Below are positions 57,866 through 64,000 of a stretch of DNA of 64,000 bases, piece after piece. The DNA comes from the human T2T-CHM13v2.0 reference genome, Homo sapiens. The translations under genes were made by a program, and so were the position numbers. Where the stretch lies: assembly GCF_009914755.1 (NCBI RefSeq), contig NC_060927.1; one strand, given 5' to 3'. A model generated the notes under the pieces. It saw only the letters and a list, made by a program, of their open reading frames with translations, was not told where the DNA came from and searched no databases. Numbering within the stretch: the first letter of the stretch is position 1; the number at the start of each line of letters is the position of its first letter.

Positions 57866-57948
57866 ATGAAAGTCGTGGGAAACTATAGAGTCAACACTGC
57901 AAACTCAAGCACTGATACGTCCGGAGAGCACTTGACCTGCCTTAGAAG
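57866..57948 (+). CDS. SLC66A1L: First putative coding exon of SLC66A1L: MKVVGNYRVNTANSSTDTSGEHLTCLR, phase 2 (exon spans 57838-57948); protein-coding status doubtful
   Basis: Acceptor ctgtcttccttacAG|AGT at 57837/57838; ATG at 57866 (gctATGa); donor AGAAG|GTATGA. The peptide matches my recollection of the C3orf55/PQLC2L N-terminus. Confidence 0.7.
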
Positions 57949-59172
57949 GTATGATATTGTGATTATACACATTAGATTTTATTCATGGTTTCTGCCTCAT
58001 AACTCCCATAGCCCTTGTTATAATGTTGGGGTGCTTTAGGCCTCAGAAGTTGGCTTCAGAAAATAGAATCTCTCTCTCTGACCTTCTTCTGCTTGCCTTT
58101 CACCTGCTTCTTTTTCTCCCCCAGGCAGGCTTTTCAAACTAAAAATATACTCTATCCCTTACCTTTCTGTCTAGGAGCTGATCTTAAAGAAATTCTTTGA
58201 CTTATCTTGTCTGATTGTGGGTCATAAGACCCTCATTTCAGAAGGGGTCCTGCTCCATACCTGAAGGAAGGAATGTATACAGAGAGGCCATGAAGAATCT
58301 GAACAGAAAAGGCCTGCTGAGTTTGTCCATTCAGTCTATTAGTATTAGATTATGCACTTTTTGTCCAGTCACATTTCTATACAGTTGTCAATTATCGCTG
58401 TCCAGTGAAGTGTCTGTAAAAGGATCAAGAGAACAGGGTTTGGAGAACTTCCAGGTAATTGAACACATGGAAGTTCCTGGAGGGTGCTGCACCCAAGAAG
58501 GCATAGAGGTTCTGTGCCCCTTTCTCCATACCTTGTCCTGTGCATATCTTCTATGTGGTGTATATGGGTATCCTTTGCAATATTCTTTATAATAAACTGG
58601 TCAATATAAGTTAAATGTTCCCCTGAGTTCTGTGAGCCACTTTAGCAAATTAGTGGACTCTGAGGAGGAAGTCAGAAGCACATGTAAAGCAACCTGGAGC
58701 TTGCAATTGGCATCTGAAAGGAGGGGACAGTCTTGGGAACTGAGCCTTCAACTTGTAGAATCTGACACTATTTCCAGGTAGACAGTGTCAGAATTGAACT
58801 GAATTAGAGGACACCTAGCTGATGTCTGCACAGAATTGCTTTCTTGCTTGTTTGGTGTCTGGGGACAAACAAACACCACACATTTGGTCACATAATTCTG
58901 TGTTTGTTGGTGTGACAGAAGAGGAAGGTCAGTTTGTGTTTTTTCCACTCAGGGAAGGTGAAGCTCCTTCTCAGCTCCAGCCCATTGCAGTTGTGGAAAA
59001 ACTACCTCAGTTGCCAGATCTTCCCATTTCTAAGAGAAGCTCACATTTTCTACTGATATTTGGAATTGCCTTGTTTTTAGATATTGACAATAAATTTTTT
59101 AAATTTACAACCAAAGCTCAGAAAATTACCCAGTTCCAAGCTATATTAGGCCACAGCCCTCTGGTATTTGCC
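57895..59172. mobile_element. MER102-like hAT-Charlie element split in two (57895-57951 and 58952-~59172) by the MER21A LTR
   Basis: ctgcaaactcaa...ggagagcac on the left; ctcagctccagcccattg...gttgccagatcttcccatttctaagagaagc on the right; both resemble the recalled MER102 consensus. Confidence 0.55.
57952..58951 (+). mobile_element. MER21A-like solo LTR (1000 bp)
   Basis: TG...CA termini (tgatattgtgattata ... ttttccactca); cataactcccatagcccttgtta; AATAAA at ~58591; ccctgagttctgtgagcc; ccaggtagacagtgtcagaattgaa; 4-bp TSD ggta/ggga. Confidence 0.85.
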
Positions 59173-59555
59173 TGCAAAATAGATCTTAGGAGAGAAGGAT
59201 GCAAAATTGAAGCTAGTAACAGAAGAGGTTCAGGAGGAGTAAGGTGTGAACTGGGTGTACTGCCTTGGCAAGGTGGCCTGTGATTCCTGGCCCCACCAGT
59301 GCCTGTTTCTGGGTTGTCAGGAAGGACCTTATTTCAGATCCTAGTTTCTAAGCTCCTCTCCTACCCAAGGTGGGTCCCAAGGCAGCCCTCCACTGTCTGG
59401 CTTTAGATAAGACCCTATAGCAACAAGCCAATGGATGACCCTCTCAGACCTATTGTTATCTGTATGTGATCTTCAAGGCTGTGGTAGAGAATTCCCTTGT
59501 AAATAGAATGCAAAAGCAAGTGGGAAAATTTTCTTTTTTCTGTGTCAATCAATAG

Positions 59556-59645
59556 TGACCATTAGCCTTCTCCCCATCCCACAAAATGCCTCTTCCTTGC
59601 AAGAACAAGATACTGTAGCCTGGAACTTTGTTTGATGGAGATGAG
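59556..59645 (+). other. Candidate 90-nt cassette exon of SLC66A1L with an in-frame stop
   Basis: ttttcttttttctgtgtcaatcaatAG|TGACC ... GATGAG|GTACGT. Confidence 0.35.
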
Positions 59646-60779
59646 GTACGTACTGAGGTGCCCTAGAATAAAGAAAAGTGGAAATCTCTCTGGATGAGAT
59701 CCTCATGCTAGACTGTAGCCCAAGGACCAGCAACACTGACCACAGGAGTAGAAATGTTTATGATGCTCGACCTACATTGTCTGTCATTGATGTCTGTGCG
59801 CTTGGCAATTTGTATATGGTGATCAGACATCACCAGGTCTCATACCTGTACTCTATTATGAGTTCAAGACTCTCATGAAGTCAGTGAGAAGAATAGAAAG
59901 TAGGATGCTATATGATATTTGAACAGTATAGAACAGAGTATAAAATTTTTTTGTGTGTGCTATGAAAATTCTTTATCTGATACTTCTAACTTTGTCTTAA
60001 TGTCTTTCATTCAGTGACTTCTGTTAAGTTTGCTCTTATATGGTCTGAGGAAATCGTGAAAGTGTGTTTTTTAAGCAAGGGAGAGAGTCAGTACAGAATT
60101 TCTGTTGAGTACTATTTACCTTTTTGGTGTATGAATGACTTTGATCATCAGTATAATGATTGCGATCTACAAAGATTGGATTTTATTTAGAATTTCTGGG
60201 AAAATACTAATGTCATAGCACATCACTGTGGAAGGAGTGGTATAGAACTTTTTACAGAAACCTATTTAGCACTTTAAATGCCAGCAGATTTTTTAAGGGT
60301 TACCTAAACTATCAACAACCATAACAAAATCTGTTTTGCCACCCTACCATGGTGGCTGTGTAATTTGTAGATGAATTCTGGTCAGAAAGCTGAACTGACC
60401 TAAATATAAGTATATCCTTTGATGCCTAAATTGCATCTTGAATTTCTAATAACAGGATGGCACATATGAAATATTCGCAAGAGCCTACTAACATGCTTCA
60501 TAGACTAGCACTTACTGGCTGTGGTGGATTGATATTGCTGTGTGTGATGTGTGAGATGTGTGAGCTTTCTCCTTTTATACTAGCAAACAATTTAGAAGAG
60601 TTTAGAAAGATTGAAACTGTCTGAATATTTGTGTCTGAATGAGAATTTTGGAATAAGACTGGTTTGTTTTTAAGAAAAAGATATTTAATAACACAATTAT
60701 ATCCCAATTCTTGTAACAAATGTCCAAAAGTCAATGGAAATTAATTTTTCTGTCCTCTGTACCCTTCATACCATTTTTT

Positions 60780-63775
60780 TAGAAAATGACTTTATCAGAG
60801 AATAGAAAAACAACAGGGTCAAAATAAAAACAAAAGATAATTCTTTGAAGAATTCAACAAAGTGACAAATCTTTAGCTAAACAAACTAAAAAAAGAAGAG
60901 AAGATACAAATAAATAAAATCAGAAATTAAAGTGGGAACATTTCTACTTACCTAACAGAAATAAAAATGATTACAAGAAAATAGTGTGGACAATTGTAGG
61001 CCACCAAATTAAATAGGCTGGATGAAATGGACAAATTGCTAAAAACACAGAATCTACCAAAACTGACTCAGAAAAAATTAAAATTCTGAACATATCTGTA
61101 ACAACTAAAGAGATTGAATTAGTAATCAAAGTTGTTTTCTTTTCAACAAAGAAAAGTCCAGGATTAAATGGCCACAATGGTGAATTCTACCAAGCATTTA
61201 AAGAGCATTGACATCAGTTCCTTTCAAACTTTTTCCAAAACATAGAAGAGGAGGGAACTAACTGATCCTATGAAACCCACTTTAACCTGATAGCAGAGCC
61301 AGACAAAGATAACCACAAGAAAAGAAAACTAGGGATCAATGCCCCCTCTGAATATAGATACAAAAGTCATTAACAAAATACTAGCAATCTGAATTCAACA
61401 GCATATTGAAAAGATTGTACACCATGGCCAAGAGGGATTTATTGCAGGAATGCAAGGGTGGGTCAACATAAAATTCAATGTAATGTTACATTGAAAATTA
61501 ATCAATGTAACACACCATGTTAATAGAACAAAGGAAAAATGCCACATGATCATCTCAATTGGTGTTAAAAAATGCATTTTACATAATCCAAAACATTTTC
61601 ATCATGAAGATACCCAGACAGCTAGAAACACTGGGGAACTTACTTAATATAATAAAGGGAATTTATGAAAAATGCTCAATGGTAAAAGACTGAACTTTCC
61701 CTCTAAGACCAGAAATAAGACAAGGATATCCAATTTCACCACTACTGTTCAAAATTGTACTGGAAGATCTAGCTAGGTCAATTAGGCAAGAAAAAGAAGT
61801 AAAAGGCATCCAAATTGGAAAGAAAGGAAGGCATCCAAACTATCTTTTTTTACGGATGACATGATCCTATGTATATAGAAAATAAAAAAAACTACTATAG
61901 CTAATAAATGAGTTACCAAAATCTTAGGGTACTAAATCAACACCAAAATCAGTGTGTTTCTACACAACAACAATGAACAATCTGAAAAGGAAATTAAGAA
62001 AATAATTCCATTTACAACAGCTTCCAAAAGAATAAAATACCTAGGAATAAATTTAACCATGGAAATAAAAGACTTGTACACTGAAAATTACAAAACATTG
62101 CTGAAACAAATCAAAGAAGAACTAAATAAATGAAAGGACTATGTTCATGAATTAAAATGCTTAATATTGTTAAGATGCAATACTACCCAAAGTGATCTAT
62201 AAATTCAATGAAATTCTTATGAATATTTTAACAGCCTTTTTTTAATTTACAGAAATGAGAAAGTTAACCCTCAAAGCCATATAGAATTGCAAGGAGCTCC
62301 AAAATGCCAAACAATATTGAAAAAGAAGAATAAAATTGGAGGACTCATAATTTCTGACTTCAAAACTTAACTATAAAGCTACAGTGATAAAAACACTGTA
62401 GTACTGTATAAAGTAGACATAAAAAATCAATGGAAATAAACCAATACATATATGGCTAATTGATTTTTGACAAAGATGCCAAGACTATTCAATAGGAAAA
62501 GAATGGTCTCTTCAATAATGTTTCTGGGATAAGTACACATGCACACACAAAAGTGAAATTGGACTCCTACTTTACACCATATGCAAAAATTAACTCAAGA
62601 TGGATCGGTGGCCTGCATGTAAGTGCAAAACCTTAATACTCTTAGAAGAAAACATTGGGGTAAGTTTTTATGGCCTTGGGCTCAATAATGGATTTTTAGA
62701 TAGGACACCAAAAACTTCAGCAACCAAAGAAAAATGAAATAAATTGACCTTCCTAAAAATTAAAATCCTTTGTGCATCAATGAATATTATCAAGAAAATG
62801 AAGACAATTCATAAGATGGGAGAAAATATTTGCCAGTCATATATCTCATAAGGGTCTAGTATCTATATTACATAAAGAACTCTTACAACTCAAAAAGAAA
62901 AAGACAGACAGCCCAATTTTTAAATGGCCAAAGGACATGAATAGATATTTCTCTAAAAGAATATACAAATGTTCAATAAGCACTTGAAAAGATATTCAAA
63001 ATCATTCATCATTAGTTATTAGGGAAATGCAAATCAAAACCACAATAAGATAGCATTTCACATCCACTAGGAAGACTATAATTTTAAAAAATGGAAAGTA
63101 GCAAGTGTGGACAAAAATGTGGGGAAACTGGAAACTCTACTATTTGGCTGGTGGAAATGAAAAATGGTTTAGCGACTTTGGAAAACATTTTGATTGTTCC
63201 TCATAAAAATAAGTAGGTTTACCATATGACCCAACAATTCCACTCCTGGATATAAATGCCAAAGAATTTAAAATAGGTGTTCAAACAAATCTATGTACAT
63301 ACATGTCCACAGCAACACTATTCACCATAGCCAAAAGGTGGAAACAACCTAAATGTTCAGCAACAGATGATGGATAAACAAATTGTTGTGTATGCATACA
63401 ACGGGATATTATTCTGCTATAAAAAAGAATGAAGTGTTGATACATGCTACAATGTAGATGAACCTTATCAGCATTATGCTAAGTGAAAGAAGCCAGACAC
63501 AAAATGTCCCATAGTATATGACTTTATTTATATGAAATATTCAGAATAAGTAAATCCATAGAGATAGAAAACAGATTGGTGGTTGCCAGGGGCAGTAAGA
63601 TGGGGAATTAGGTATTACTACTTAATGGGCATGGAATTTCTTTTAGATGGTGAAAATATTTTGGAACTAGATAAAGAATATAGTTGCCCATCGTCATGAA
63701 TGTACAGGAAACCAGTAAGTTGTACACTTTAAAATGGCTAACTTTACATTATGTAAATTTTACCTCAATTTTTAA
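60780..63775 (+). mobile_element. L1M (MB-like) ORF2 plus 3'UTR, ~3 kb
   Basis: Degenerate ORF2 (aaagtccagga...ggtgaattctacca, caacagcatattgaaaagat, catgatcatctcaat, aaggcatccaaattggaaa) and L1MB-type 3'UTR ending aattttacctcaatt. Confidence 0.85.
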
Positions 63776-63789
63776 AAATCTACTTAGGA

Positions 63790-64000
63790 ATGATTCTCAT
63801 GTACTAAAATGCACCCAATTTAAATGCATGTCAATAAATTTTGACATATATACAATTTCATGTAACAACCACCTCAATCAAAATATAGAACATTTCTATT
63901 CACCTGAAAAGTTTCTTTGTGCTCCTTTTCAGTCATACTACCACCTTGAACTCCTAGCCGGACAAACACTGATCTTTTTTTCTCACACCATATATTAGTT
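63790..64000 (-). mobile_element. Old L1ME 3'-end fragment, antisense
   Basis: aaaatgcacccaattt...tgtaacaaccacctcaatcaaaatatagaacatttc. Confidence 0.6.

Noticed and set aside
58215-59283. 125- and 153-aa ORFs
   Set aside because: They lie largely within the MER21A LTR and MER102 remnant, with no protein similarity I recognise.
59650-60780. Possible relic of the ancestral PQLC2L N-terminal exon (C..G..WIW...EC...W)
   Set aside because: I could not find the motif by eye; tblastn with an intact ortholog is needed.

Overview
Human (or great-ape) genomic DNA, not microbial. It is mostly intronic/intergenic and dominated by Alu, L1, L2, MIR, MaLR/ERV LTRs and hAT/TcMar DNA-transposon relics. From memory, not a database search, this is the head-to-head region of 3q25. 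The minus strand carries the non-coding 5' end of VEPH1: an acceptor and 5'UTR exon at the left edge whose ATG lies just outside the window, plus alternative first exons ending at 3965, 7847/8041 and 38147. The plus strand carries the CpG-island promoter, exon 1 and first 'coding' exon (MKVVGNYRVNTANSSTDTSGEHLTCLR) of SLC66A1L (PQLC2L/C3orf55, a decayed PQ-loop paralog). Nearly all ORFs in the supplied track are spurious or L1/Alu remnants. I found no convincing new multi-gene system. Best observations: (1) the SLC66A1L coding exon appears built from a MER102-like transposon split by a MER21A LTR whose target-site duplication supplies the GT donor; (2) a ~99-nt strand-asymmetric hairpin enclosing a 5' splice site in the CpG island; (3) a 115-bp nested palindrome array; (4) uORF-rich VEPH1 leaders including a 41-aa uORF; (5) several legible mutational micro-histories. 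Repeat family names and most repeat boundaries are by eye and approximate.
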